A stretch of 64,000 bases of DNA, from positions 7,814,001 through 7,878,000 of the forward strand of contig NC_086109.1 of assembly GCF_963921235.1 (NCBI RefSeq). Direction: 5' to 3'. Below are positions 12,431 to 24,936 of the stretch, piece after piece. Positions within the stretch are counted from its first letter, which is position 1. Each line of letters opens with the position of its first letter. The notes under the pieces were generated by a model. It did not search any database and was not told the origin of the DNA. It saw only the letters and a list, made by a program, of their open reading frames with translations. The stretch is from Mobula hypostoma. Taxonomy: Eukaryota. The position numbers and the translations under genes are program-made.

Positions 12431-12809
12431 GGAGGGGAATGGGAAAAGTGTGTGTTTCCCTGCTGTTGCTTGTTGTATGTTTGACAGCTGTTGTTTTGTT
12501 GAACACTGTGGGCGCACTGTGTTGGTTCCAGAACGTCCGACCAAACTTGTGGGCTGCCCCCCTGCGCATTCTCAGATTGTGCTGGCTTTCAACTCAAAGA
12601 ACTCATTTCACTGTGGTTTGAAATGTACTTTTCATGAATAAATAAATCTCAATCTAATCTCCCTGCTGCTGCCGCCCAATCCTATCGTTCAAATTCCCTC
12701 CCTACATCTCACCACCCTGGTCTCCCATTTCTCCCTCCAGCTATTTCTTCAAAGCTCTCTCCAAACACAAGCTCTGGGTCATCGGCTGTAATCTGTGGAT
12801 TCAGAGCTA

Positions 12810-13592
12810 CACTTCTTATGAAAGTATGTATACAACCTACACCCTGAGATTTGTCTTCCTGCAGGCAGCCACGAAACAAAGAAACACTGTGGAACCCGTT
12901 CAAAGGAATCATCAAACACTCAATGTGTGAGAAAAGAGCACCTTGCACAAACGGGGAAAAAAATAACGGTGAGTATCCAACATCGAACCACAGAGTCCTT
13001 GAAGCAGCCCTGGAGTGTTTGGTTTAGTTCAGCTCTGTTCAGTCGAGCACTATGTCATTCATTGACTCAGCTACTCTACATCGAAGTGCCCTGATCAAAG
13101 TCGTGCAAAATAACAATATAAGAAGAGTAAACAAAGCCAGAAACGCGTGTAACATGAATCGCGGAGTCCTCCAAGCTGAGTCTACAGCCACGAGCCACGC
13201 TGATTAAAGCTGCCCTAGACCCAAGCCTCCTGCACCTTCCTCCGGCAGCAGTGAGCGAGAGTGAGAGGGAGACCAGTCAAAGGCAGTCGGACGGCGCTGA
13301 ACACCCGCTCTCGCGCTCAGTCTTGCTCGACGCTTTCATCGGCGAGATGTGCAAGTAATGGAGCCGATTATGGGTTCATGCTCTGCCATCAGGCCGCGCA
13401 GTCCGCTCACAACCTCGCTGAATAACCCTGGAGACGGCAAATCACTCGGACAGCCCCAAAAGCAATATCATCAAAACGTAAACGACAGGCTCCAATCGCA
13501 CACAGTTTAGCCATGGATGTATATTTGTGAAGTCGTTTGGCGAACTGTCTGTCTGTCGCTATTGGTCATGTTCATCACTGCCACCATCTTGT
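12810..13592 (-). mobile_element. Non-autonomous retroposon with AAGATGGTGGC head and Rex1-like tail
   Basis: The minus strand begins CAAGATGGTGGCAG. The 3' part (GTGGCTGCCTGCAGGAAGACAAATCTCAGGG) matches the tail at 62880-63002. Confidence 0.5.
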
Positions 13593-13903
13593 TGACAGTA
13601 CATTGCCTGAAAGCATCTTTGTGAAGTTCCTTGGGGTATTCTACTGTTAAAGGCACTCAAAATGACATCGTTGTTCTGTTCCATATACATTTCATGGCTT
13701 GATTTACCTTGGAACTCCTCCATTATCAAAAAGATTCCCATCAGAAGCTTATAGCAACAGAAGCCGATTTAAAGCAAGTGGCCTGAAGTGGTGTTAATCA
13801 ATTGGTCCCTCTGTATTTCCACTGACATTACAACAGGGTGCACATCAAGTAACTGGAAAGCTAGTGAAGTAAAATCAAAACATATCGGGAGGATCATCTC
13901 AAA

Positions 13904-13909
13904 CACACA

Positions 13910-13973
<64 letters not shown>

Positions 13974-14129
13974 CACACACACACACACACACTAACACAC
14001 ACACATACACACACACACTCACACACACACACACACACACAGAGTAATACACACACACACACTAACACACACACATACACTAACACACACACACACACAC
14101 ACAGACACACACACACATACACTAACACA

Positions 14130-14217
<88 letters not shown>
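13904..14217. repeat. (CA)n microsatellite
   Basis: Direct observation. Confidence 0.95.
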
Positions 14218-16200
14218 TTAGCGTTCACACCAACAGAATTCAGTAGCCTCTGTCCACGTCAGTCCCACTCCCGGCATCTCGCAGGTCCTCCTCTTCTGCT
14301 GCCCAAACAATCTCTGCTACTAATGCTCCCGCTCCCGTGTCTGGGCCAGAACAGACTCCCGCCTTTGGACCCCCACAGACTCCCGCGTCTGTACAGGAAC
14401 CGAGTGTTCCACCACCAGGCAGATATTCTGGCGATCCCGATGATTACAGGAATTTTATTACCCAATGCGAGCTGACATTCCAAGCCTAGCCTGGTCATTT
14501 TGGTGATGATGCACGAAAATTGGCGTACATGGTCAATCTTCTAGATGGACCTCCACACAGCCTGTTCAGTTCTTTAAGGGAGCAGGGATATCCCGACGTT
14601 TTGTGGCGGAATTAAGGAGAGTTTTTGATCTTCCAGTACGGGGTCAGGAGGCTGCCCACCGACTCTAGGCCCTGCGCCAAGGCAAAGGGACGGTGAGAGC
14701 CTATGCAGTCAAATTCCACACGCTTGCAGTAGAGACGGGTTAGAATGAGAGATCTCTCATCACTGCCTTCCAGCCTGGACTGAATGCAGGGGTCCAGCAT
14801 GAGATCTCTGTCTGGGACGAGCAGGATTGTCTAGGTGACCCGATTAATTTGGCTATTCGAGTTGACAACCGGGTAACTGAGTGGCACAGGGAAAGAACAT
14901 TTCAAACTTCCTACGCGCCACCTGATCACCAACTTTCTTCACCCTCTCCCCCTCCCTCATCACCCAGCACCCAGCCCACGGAGGAGCCTATGCGCCTGTC
15001 TCAGGAGGAACGCGAGCGGCGCAGGACAGCAGATTCGGGCCTCTGTTGTGGCGATCAGGACATGTCCCACCCGCGTGTCCCAAACATACAGTAAAAGAGG
15101 ATACTCATCAGCAGGGAGGGAATCCTGACGGGCCAGCTCTCTCTTCAGTCAGCTTCCTCTAACTCTGTAATGCTCACAGCTTCATTGCCGTGGAGGCCTC
15201 CAACCTATGAACTTAGGGCGTTCTCAACTCCAGCACAGCCGGGTATCTCTCTAGCCTAAAGATGGGGAGTTCGGACCTAGGAATTAAGAGAAAAGATCAA
15301 CATCAAGGCGTTGGACTGGCGACCTCTGGGCTCTGGCCAGATCCACCTTTCCACAGAACCCCTCAATCTTGCTCTAAGGCAGCCATAGTGAAGAACTCTC
15401 CTTCTGTCCTGACTGCACAGACAGGTCTCCCCGGTTATCCCGACATAACCCATGGATCGATTGATCTCTGAGAGCAGTTCAACAGGGGGGACTGCCATGC
15501 CTGTCTACCTGTCTGGGTCCAGCTCAATCTCTGTTCCATGAATCCCCTCCTGTGTCAGCTGAGGCTGTGGACCTGTCTGGGATTCCGGCTGAATATGCGG
15601 ATGTCCTTGAGGTCTTCAGTAAAAGGAAGATCACCACCCTGCCCCCACACCGGCCATACGACCTCCTACCTGGCACTAATCCTCCCCGGGGCCAGCTCGT
15701 TTCCCTCTCTCGTCCTGAAACGGTGACCCCGGAGGAGACATTGACCGTGGGGTTTATCCATCCCTCAACTTCGCCGGCTTCTTTTTTGTGAGCTAGAAAT
15801 ACGTCAAGCTCCGTCCCTGCATCGATTATCGGCCCCTGAACAGCATCACGGTGAAGAACCGTTACGCTCCTCCCCTGCTGGTGTCTGCATTTGAACATCT
15901 CCAAGGAGAAACCATGTTTTCCAAAACTGATCTGCGCAATGCTTACAACCTGGAAGGGGATGAGTGGAAGACGGCTTTCAACACCTCTAATGGCCACTAT
16001 GAATACCTGGTGATGCCTTTTGGTCTGGCCAACGCCCCGGCTGTATTCCAGGCCTTGGTTAACGATGTGCTCAGGGACATGTCGAACCAGTTTGTGTATT
16101 AGATGACATCCTTATCTACTCCCACACTCATCAGGAACACATCCGGTATGTCCGGAGAGTTCTCAGACGGCTCCTCGAAAATAACCTGTACACCAAGCCC

Positions 16201-16391
16201 AAGAAATCACAATCTGCAGATGCTGGAAATTCGGGCTTCACACACAAAATGTTGGAAGAACTCAGCAGGCCAGGCAGCATCTATGGGGAAGTGTACAGTC
16301 GACGTTTACGACCGAGACCCTTCGACTGTATTTTTTTCCATAGATGCTGCCTGGCCTGCTGAGTTCCTCCAGAATGTTGTGTGTGAAGCCC
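16201..16391. mobile_element. Inverted pair of Penelope-like family A termini inserted into the gypsy RT
   Basis: Arms 16232-16302 and 16322-16392 are near-perfect reverse complements. The insert interrupts YTKP|GKCAFH, and AAGCCC is duplicated. Confidence 0.85.
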
Positions 16392-17231
16392 GGTAAATGT
16401 GCTTTCCATGAGGACCAGATGTCATCTTTGGGCTCATACTTACCCTGTCCACTGTTCAAATGGACCCGAGTAAATTTCAGACAGTTAGAGCGTCCCAGAC
16501 CATCTACAGTCAAACACATACGGCGCTTCATGGGGTTTGTGAACTTTTATCGCCACTTCATCGGGAATTTCGGCTCTGTTGCACGCACCAAGAGGACCTC
16601 GGCAGGATTCCATTGGACGGGCAGTACCGACCAAGCATTTTCAGAGCTAGAGCGACGTTTCACCACTGGCCCGCTGCTGTAACACCCAGACCCATCTCAG
16701 CCATTCATTGTCGAGGTGGATGCATCCGATGTAGGCACTGGAACTGTCCTCTCTCAGCGCTCGTTTGCGGATCTCTGGCTGCACCCTTGTGCCTATCTTT
16801 CCCGTCGCTTGACTGCGGCCGAGAGGAATTATCATATCGGGAACTGAGAACTTCCGGCTGTCAAGGAGGCCCTGGAGGAATGGCGACACTGGCTGGAGGG
16901 GGCAGAACATCCTTTCTTAGTCTGGACAGATCATTAGAACCTCACCTACATTCAGGATACAAAGAGACCCAACTCTTGTCAAGCCTGGTGGACTCTCTTC
17001 CTCACACAGTTCAATTTCATCCTCACCTATCGTCCCGGCAGCAAGAATAGAAAGGCCGACGCTCTCTCCCGGCAGTTCGGTGGATCTGAGGCCGATCCAG
17101 AGCCAAATTTTCCTCGCTCATGTATCGTTGCTCTGGTGATCTGGGGAATAGAGGCAGAGGTGAGGGGAGCCCAACAATCAGATCCAGGCCCGGATGGGTG
17201 ACCTCCCAACCGGCTGTTTGTCCCTGCTGCG

Positions 17232-18125
17232 GTGTGTTCCAGAGTGTCGGAATGGGGTCACTCCTCCCATCTAGCTGGACATCCGGGAATTCAACAGGCA
17301 AAAGAGTTTATAAAGAGAGAATTTTGGTGGCCATCTATGTCCCAGGATGTCCACGACCTTGTATCTGCCGGTCCCACTTGCACTCGGAACAAGACATCAC
17401 GCCAGCGTCCTGCGGGCCTGCTCTGTCCACTACCTGTGCCTTACCGCCCCTGGTCCCACCCCTCAGTATATTTCATCACTGGGCTGCCCCCGTCTAATGG
17501 TAACACCACCATTTTAGTCGTTGAGGATCGATTTTCCAAGGCTGCCCACTTCATCGCCCTCCGCAAGCTCCCATCGGCTCGTGAGACTGCCACACTCACG
17601 GTTCAACATGCGTTCAGATTCCATGGCTTTCTTCGTAACATGGTGCCTGATCGTGGACCACAGTTCACTTCCTGCTTTTGGAAGGCCTTCTACTCTCTTG
17701 TAGGAGCCACGGCCAGCTTCTCGTCTGGTTTCCACCCCCAATCTAATGGCCAGACTGAGAGAGTGAACCAGGAGCTGGAGACAACCCTGCGCTGTTTTGC
17801 CTCTTCCAACCCCACGTCCTGGAACTCCCAATTGGTTTGGACAGAGGTCGCCCACAATAGCCTCCAGTCGTCCTCCATGAGTATGTCTCCCTTCGAATGC
17901 CAGAAGGGATTCCAGCCCCCACTCTTCCCTGATCAGGAGATCGACGTAGGAATTCCTGCTGCTGAACAGCTGATCCAGGGCTATAACCGCACCTGGAGAC
18001 GAGCCAGGGCTTCTCTGCTGAGTGCCCAGAAACAGCGTTCCTGGCAGGCTGATCAGCTCTGCCGACAGGTAAGGCCATTCAAACCAGGAGAGGAGGTCTG
18101 GTTGGCATCAAGGGATCTTCCATGA
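17232..18125 (+). pseudogene. Gypsy integrase (zinc-binding region and DDE core) remnant ORF, 297 aa
   Basis: Motifs HxxGHPG, DRFSK, DRGPQFTS and HPQSNGQTERVNQ. Confidence 0.9.
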
Positions 18126-18529
18126 AAGTTGAGAGCCAGAAAGTGGCACTGCACTGAGTGGGACGGTTTGTAGTGGAAAAGGCCGTCAACAGGGAGTGGT
18201 ATAGATTGCGTCAACCAGCATCATGAAGATCCACCCAATACTCTATATTTCTCAGTTCAAGCCGGTTACTTCCTCTCCCCTGGCCCCAGTCACCCCAGTT
18301 CCCCCTCCTCCCCGCCTGGTAGATGATTCCCTTGTCTATACTGTGCAGCACCTCCTGACATCTCACCAGGTACGTGGTAAAGTCCAGCACCTTGTGGACT
18401 GGGAGCGTATGGTCCAGAAGAACGTACTTGGATACCGGTGAAGGACATATTGGGGAAGTCGCTGATCCGGGACTTCCAGTGGACATGGGTCTGTGGCTCC
18501 TCAGGGGCTGTGCCTAGAGAAGAGGACCC

Positions 18530-18795
18530 TGTCACATCCACGGATTGGGCAGTGCAGTAGATACAGGCAATTGTGCTCATGAATATGTATGTGCCTGCTT
18601 TCATTTGGCCTTGCCTGAGAAATTGGGCTGTCGAGTCAACTGATGCTGAAGACTGGCGGTATTCGTTTTATATTTAGTTTTCCTTTCAGCTGCAGTGTTG
18701 GCTTCGTTCTCTAACTCTGTTCACTTTAAAGTCTGTGAACTATCAATCCACTTCAGTGTCTCTTCTGCACTTACGCCTATCCGAACGTAGTGACA
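18530..18795 (+). repeat. 3' LTR of the chromoviral gypsy element (266 bp)
   Basis: TGTCAC...GTGACA inverted termini, preceded by purine-rich AGAGAAGAGGA (PPT-like). Confidence 0.8.
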
Positions 18796-19121
18796 CAGTC
18801 AGAGTCACTAATACACTCATATGCACAAACACACTCTCACACTCACACAAATTCAGGCACACACTCACACTCATACAAACACACACAGATTCACACTCAC
18901 ACACAGACATGCTCACACGTATACACTCACACACGCACACACAGACACACTAACATACAGACACACAATGCACACACAGGTTTATTTACAGACACACATA
19001 AAGACACACACAACTGCTCACACGGACACATTCACACATAGAGAAACACACAGATAAACATACACACCAACACACAAACGCGCACACTCACATGCACACA
19101 GACACACACACCCACATGCAA

Positions 19122-19168
<47 letters not shown>

Positions 19169-19230
19169 CACTCTAACACTCATACAGGTATATACTCACA
19201 GACACACTGATACATACACACACATACATA

Positions 19231-19262
<32 letters not shown>

Positions 19263-21381
19263 GGCACGTAAAAAAACAAAGGTTCACAGACACACGCAGA
19301 TAAACACACACTCACACGCACAGGGTCACAGACACACATGGACACAGATACTCACACACAAACACCAGACGTATATACACACACCTAGACACACACAGAC
19401 AAACACACATGGACACAAGTACACACACACTCTCACTCTCACACACATACATGCAGACAAACACACAGACACTCACATTCACATGCACAAATTCACATAC
19501 ACACAGACACACACTCATGTGTTCACACACATACACACCTACACTCACACATCCACATTTACACCTCGGACTTCAACTACTGCATAGAGTGTTGTCATCT
19601 TCAGCCATAGTTGGATGCATCAGCAAGGGAGATGATGCTAAGTACAGGGCTACGGTAGGAAACTTTGTCACATGGTGTGAGCAGAATTATCTGCAGCTTA
19701 ATGTGAAAAAGACTAAGGAGCTGGTGGTAGACCTGAGGAGAGCTAAGGTACCGGTGACCCCTGTCTCCATCCAGGGGGTCAGTGTGGACATGGTGGAGGA
19801 TTACAAATACCTGGGGATACGAATTGACAATAAATTGGATTGGTCAAAGAACACTGAGGCTGTCTACAAGAAGGGTCAGAGCCGTCTCTATTTCCTGAGG
19901 AGACAGAGGTCCTTTAACATCTGCCAGACGATGCTGAGGATGTTCTACGAGTCTGCGATGGCCAGTGTGATCATGTTTGCTGTTGTGTGCTGGGGCAGCA
20001 GGCTGAGGGTAGCAGACACCAACAGAATCAACAAACTCATTCGTAAGGCCAGTGATATTGTGGGGATGGAACTGGACTCTCTGACGGTGGTGTCTGAAAA
20101 GAGGATGCTGTCTAAGTTGCATGCCATCTTGGACAATGTCTCCCATCCACTACATAATGTACTGGTTGGGCACAGGAGTACATTCAGCCAGAGACTCATT
20201 CCACCGAGATGCAACACAGAGCGTCATAGGAAGTCATTCCTGCCTGTGGCCATCGAACTTTACAACTCCTCCCTTGGAGGGTCAGACACCCTGAGCCGAT
20301 AGGCTGGTCCTGGACTTATTTCATAATTCACTGGCATAATTTACATATTACTATTTAACTATTTATGGTTTTATCACTATTTATTATTTATGGTGCAACT
20401 GTAACAAAAACCAATTTCCCCCGGGATCAATAAAGTATGACTATGACTGCATACACATACGCACACAGATATGCACACAAACACTGATACTCACACGCAC
20501 AAGTACAAATACACGCACAGATGCACACTTACTTTTGCACACAGAGAGCACAAACACGGGCAAAAACATGTACACACACTCGCACTCACACACACACACG
20601 GAGATACACACACTCACACACACCACCACGTTCACAGACACACAGAGGCACACAAACACAAGCAAACACACAGACACACACACTCACACCCTCACACACA
20701 CAGACACACCCTCCAACTCACAGAAACACAAACAGACACCAATGAGACACACACACACAGACGCACAATCACACATACACACAGGCAAACATTTAGATAC
20801 ATATTGACCCATCCCCACACACACTCACACATGGAAACGCACACACACACAGACACATACACACACAATCTCTCACACACACAAAGACACTCAATCACAC
20901 TGACACACATAATGATACACACCAACACACTCACACTCACAAAATCACCACACGCAAAACACACTGACACACGAACATATACATACCGACATGTACACAC
21001 ACACACACACACAAAGATACAGTCACACACATACACACACAAACTGACAGAAAAACACATACTCACACACACACACAGGCACAGACACAAACACAGGCAC
21101 AGACTTACAATCACACACACATACCGACACACGCACACATACATTGACACAGATGCAAACACATACAAACACACACACACAAACACAAACACACACTGAC
21201 AAAGAGACACACAGACAATCACATAATGTCAGACACATACAGATAGAAACACATACACAAGCACACACACAAACACATCACAGACACAGCAACACTCAAT
21301 CACACATACACACAGGCACACACACACACACACACACAGGGACACCAACACAATGCATAGATACCCACGCACACTAAGACA

Positions 21382-21419
<38 letters not shown>

Positions 21420-21494
21420 CACACACACAAATACATGGACACACACACATTCACTCACACACAATCACACATAAAACATACACAGAAAAACAAT

Positions 21495-21548
<54 letters not shown>

Positions 21549-21580
21549 TGCACAGACAGACACCAACATTCACAGAATAG
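18796..21580. repeat. Degenerate CA-rich low-complexity tract, interrupted by the LINE at 19562-20449
   Basis: Direct observation. Confidence 0.9.
19562..20449 (+). mobile_element. Rex1/Babar-like LINE, 5'-truncated, young
   Basis: GCISKGDD...WCEQNYLQLNVKKTKELVVD...YKYLG...KGQSRLYFLRR...RHRKSFLPVAI; tail AATAAAGTATGACTATGACT. Confidence 0.9.
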
Positions 21581-21637
21581 TTAAATTAAACAAATAGTGC
21601 AAAAATAGGAATTTAGAAAGTAGTGGGATAGTGTTCA

Positions 21638-21860
21638 CACACAGAATGCTGGAGGAACTCAGCAGGACAGGCAACATCTATGGAAGAGTAAACAGTCGAC
21701 GGATCAAGCACAGACCCTTTCTTCGGGGTCCCAATGAAGTGTTTGAGCCACAAATGTTGAGGATTTACACTTTTCCATCAGTGCTGCCCGACCTGTTGAG
21801 TTCCTCCAGCATTTTGTGTGTGTTGCTCTGGATTTCCAGCATCTGCAGACTTTCTTGTGT
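21638..21860. mobile_element. Inverted pair of Penelope-like family A termini (older), inserted in a Rex1-like tail
   Basis: GCTGGAGGAACTCAGCAGG ... CCTGTTGAGTTCCTCCAGC; flanking 17-bp repeat TAGTGGGATAGTGTTCA / TAGTGAGGTAGTGTTCA. Confidence 0.8.
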
Positions 21861-22339
21861 TAGTGAGGTAGTGTTCATGGATGCTCCGTCCATTCAGAAA
21901 TTGGATGGCAGAGGGAAGGAAGCTGTTTCTGAATCATTGAGTGTGTGCCAACAGACTCCTGTACATTCTCCCTGAAGGCAGGAAGTAAACAATGTGTGCC
22001 TATCGAAGAGTTTTTTTTTAATGTCCTTAACGTATCTGCCTCTAACACCACCGCTGTCATGACATTCCACACAGCCACCGTGTTTACGATCGGCCCACAG
22101 ATATGCAGGCAGTGGAGGGGTATGGGTCATCGTGTTTGCTGCAGACATAGTGGCTGAAGAGTCTGTTCCTGTGCTCTACTCTTCTGTGTTCTAAGAGGAC
22201 GATGTAGATCAGCCGTGATCATACTAAATGGAGAACAGGCTTGAGGAGTTTGATGGTGCCTCAACACACGTGTAATCTACTGAGCAATGCATCCTCCTCA
22301 GATCAAAGAGAAACTGGACTTTATTTTCCTACACATGTC

Positions 22340-23007
22340 GGGAGGAGAAGATGGCAGTACGACGCAGCGCGCGGCCTCTCCGGTGATGAATATCTGTAAT
22401 CTGTCAAGTTGGAGGCCGTGCACAATTCTGATTTGATAGAGGCAGACGTGAGAGCATGAAGGAACATCTGGTGAAACTTCTGAAATGCCTGCTTCGTTGC
22501 TGCTGCTACTGTGTGATCCGAAATCTCCGGAGGGGAAGGCCCCGAATCCTTGGCTTTGCCTATTGCCTGTTGCCGGGGCCGGGGTCAAAGCGCTCGGCAG
22601 GGATGGTGCTCAGTGCTCGGTGTCAGAGGCCTGGTCGGAGGCTCGAAGTTTTCGGACGGACTCAGAGTCGGACTGTGGTCGAGTGCTTCCAGGATGCTGC
22701 ATCGGCAAGTTTGTGGCGCTGGAAGCTCACGGCATGGAGAGTTTCTTCCTTGTACCGTCTGCATGAGATGTTGGGGCTATCGGGATTTTGAGACTTTTTT
22801 TTTACCGCGCCCATGGTCTGTTTTTATCAAATTATGGTATAGCTTTGCACTGTTGTAACTATATGTTATAATCATGTGGTTTTTGTCTGTTTTAGTCTTG
22901 GTCTGTCTTGTGATATCATACCGGAGGAACATTGTATCATTTTTAATGCATGCATTTCTAAATGACAATAAACGAGGACTGAGTGTCCTCATAATCTAAT
23001 CTAATCT
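22340..23007 (+). mobile_element. GGAGGAGAAGATGG-head retroposon, copy 2
   Basis: Head GGGAGGAGAAGATGGC, tail (AATCT)3, TSD CACATGTC (22332-22339 and 23009-23016). Confidence 0.9.
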
Positions 23008-23859
23008 GCACATGTCTGTACAGGTGCAATAATAAAAATACACCTTTCCGAAGGGTGACCAGCAGTCTAGCCGAGGAAAGGAGTGTCTTACACCTCCTTT
23101 GGTAGAGACGTATCTCCACCCTGACACCCTCTGTCTCAGTAGATCATAAATCTCGAATCTGAATCTCCAACATCACCTGACGATAGTTACAGTAAATTAC
23201 AGCTCCTCTCATATCTCAGTCTTGTCCTTTGGATAGTGCAGATTACTCTTAACCTCGGGCATTCTTTCATTATATCCACCAGGGTCTCACTTTTCCCAAC
23301 ATAAAGTACTGACAATTGTCTGATTTGTTAGATTTTCTCTACAATTGATTTGAAATAAGGCACAGAAAAGTCTATTACAGTTTGAATCTGGATCGAACTC
23401 ACTAATGCAAGATTAATCAATTTATACGTGCTTTCCCAGCTGTGTGCATGCAGATCAATATAAACTCTTTGGTCAGTCACTAATGCAATATCTTTAAAGA
23501 AAAGTTAATTTTTCAGGATGAAAGATTTGTAGATAATGGAACGATATGGCCACCAATCTGATTAACGTCTCATAGACTTTGTAAGAATCACATGCCCTTT
23601 ACAACCTTAAGAGGTCTCCAAAATACATTAAACTCAATGAACTGTTTTGGAAGTGTTTCCTCTGTTATGAGGAACATGAAAGCCATACTAGATTGCCACA
23701 GGCAGCAGTGTATGTTCAGGGGCAGATAATTCACTTTGGTTGTGTTGCTTGGAGGTGGATATTTTAAAGGCAATGCAAAAGCTCCTCATTCTTCTTTGAA
23801 AGAGTGTTACAAGATATTCGACATTCTTCTGTGACAAAAGAAGTCCAAGAGGCGTTGTT

Positions 23860-24300
23860 AGCAGGGTTACAGATGACACTGCAAAAAGCAGTGGATACAG
23901 CCCAATCTGTCCTCACCACTGAGCTCGTCTGCAAGGAGCGCTGTCACAGGAAAGCAGCATCCATCGCCAAGAACCCCCACCACCCAGGCCGTGCTCTCTT
24001 CTCACTGCTGCCATCAGGAAGGAGGAACAGGAGCCTCAGGATCAACACCACCAGGTTCAGGAACAGTTATTACCCTTCTATCATCAGGCTCCTGAACCAG
24101 AGGGGATAACTTCACTCAACTTCACTCACCCCATCACTGAACTGTTCTGAAAACTTACAGACTCACTTTCAAGGACCCTTCATCTCATGTTCTCGATATT
24201 TATTGCTTATTTAATATTATTATCATCATTATTATTTTGTTTATTTTTTTTCTATTTGTAGTTGCACAGTTATTGCTGTCCATCCCATTGTGTGCGGTTT
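23860..24300 (+). mobile_element. Rex1-like LINE 3' fragment
   Basis: KAASIAKNPHHPGRALFSLLPSGRRNRSLRINTTRFRNSYYPSIIRLLN. Confidence 0.8.
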
Positions 24301-24304
24301 TTCA

Positions 24305-24433
24305 TTGTGTGTGTGTTTGTATGAGTGAATGTGTCTATGGTGCTTGTAATGCTGTGCGTGCTTGTGCATGTGCGTGTGTGTGTGCGCACGTGTGTGTCTG
24401 TGTGTGTATGTGTGCGTGTGTGTGTGCGTGTGT

Positions 24434-24476
<43 letters not shown>

Positions 24477-24572
24477 CGTGTGTGTGTGTGTATGTGTGCG
24501 TGTATGTGTGCGTGTGTGTGTGCGCACGTGTGTGTCTGTGTGTGTATGTGTGCGTGTATCTGTGTGCGCGCG

Positions 24573-24609
<37 letters not shown>

Positions 24610-24865
24610 CTGTGTGTGTGTGTGTGTGTCTGTGTGTGTGCACGTGTGTGTGTGCGTGTGTGTGCGTGTATGTGTGTGTGTGCGTGCGCATGTGTGTATG
24701 TCTGTGTCTGTGTGTGTGCGCGTGTGTGTGTGCGTGTGTGTGTATGTGTGTGTGTGTTTGTGCATGTGTGTGTGTGCGTGCGCATGTGTGTGTCTGTGTG
24801 TGTGTGTGTGTGTGTGTGCACGTGTGTGTGTGCGTGTGTGTGTGTGTGTGTGTATGTGTGTGTGC

Positions 24866-24926
<61 letters not shown>
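24305..24926. repeat. (TG)n / TGCG microsatellite
   Basis: Direct observation. Confidence 0.95.
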
Positions 24927-24928
<2 letters not shown>

Positions 24929-24936
24929 TGTGACTG

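Larger units (their letters stand above)
14220..18795 (+). mobile_element. Decayed Ty3/gypsy chromovirus (sushi-like): gag, PR, RT, RNase H, IN, chromodomain and 3' LTR; 5' LTR missing
   Basis: gag end RLSQEERERRR...[35 protein letters not shown] and YLDDILIYS; RNase [13 protein letters not shown]; integrase ORF 17232..18125 (H..GHPG...DRGPQFTS...HPQSNGQTERVNQELE); chromodomain-like YTVQHLL...HLVDW. Many stops and frameshifts. Confidence 0.92.

Noticed and set aside
15080..15100. PEG10-like -1 frameshift signal at the gag-pol junction
   Set aside because: GTAAAAG is present, but there is no canonical slippery heptamer or clear pseudoknot, and the element is too decayed to judge.
19409..20302. 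297-aa ORF as a host gene
   Set aside because: It is a microsatellite-derived N-terminus fused by chance to a truncated LINE RT C-terminus.
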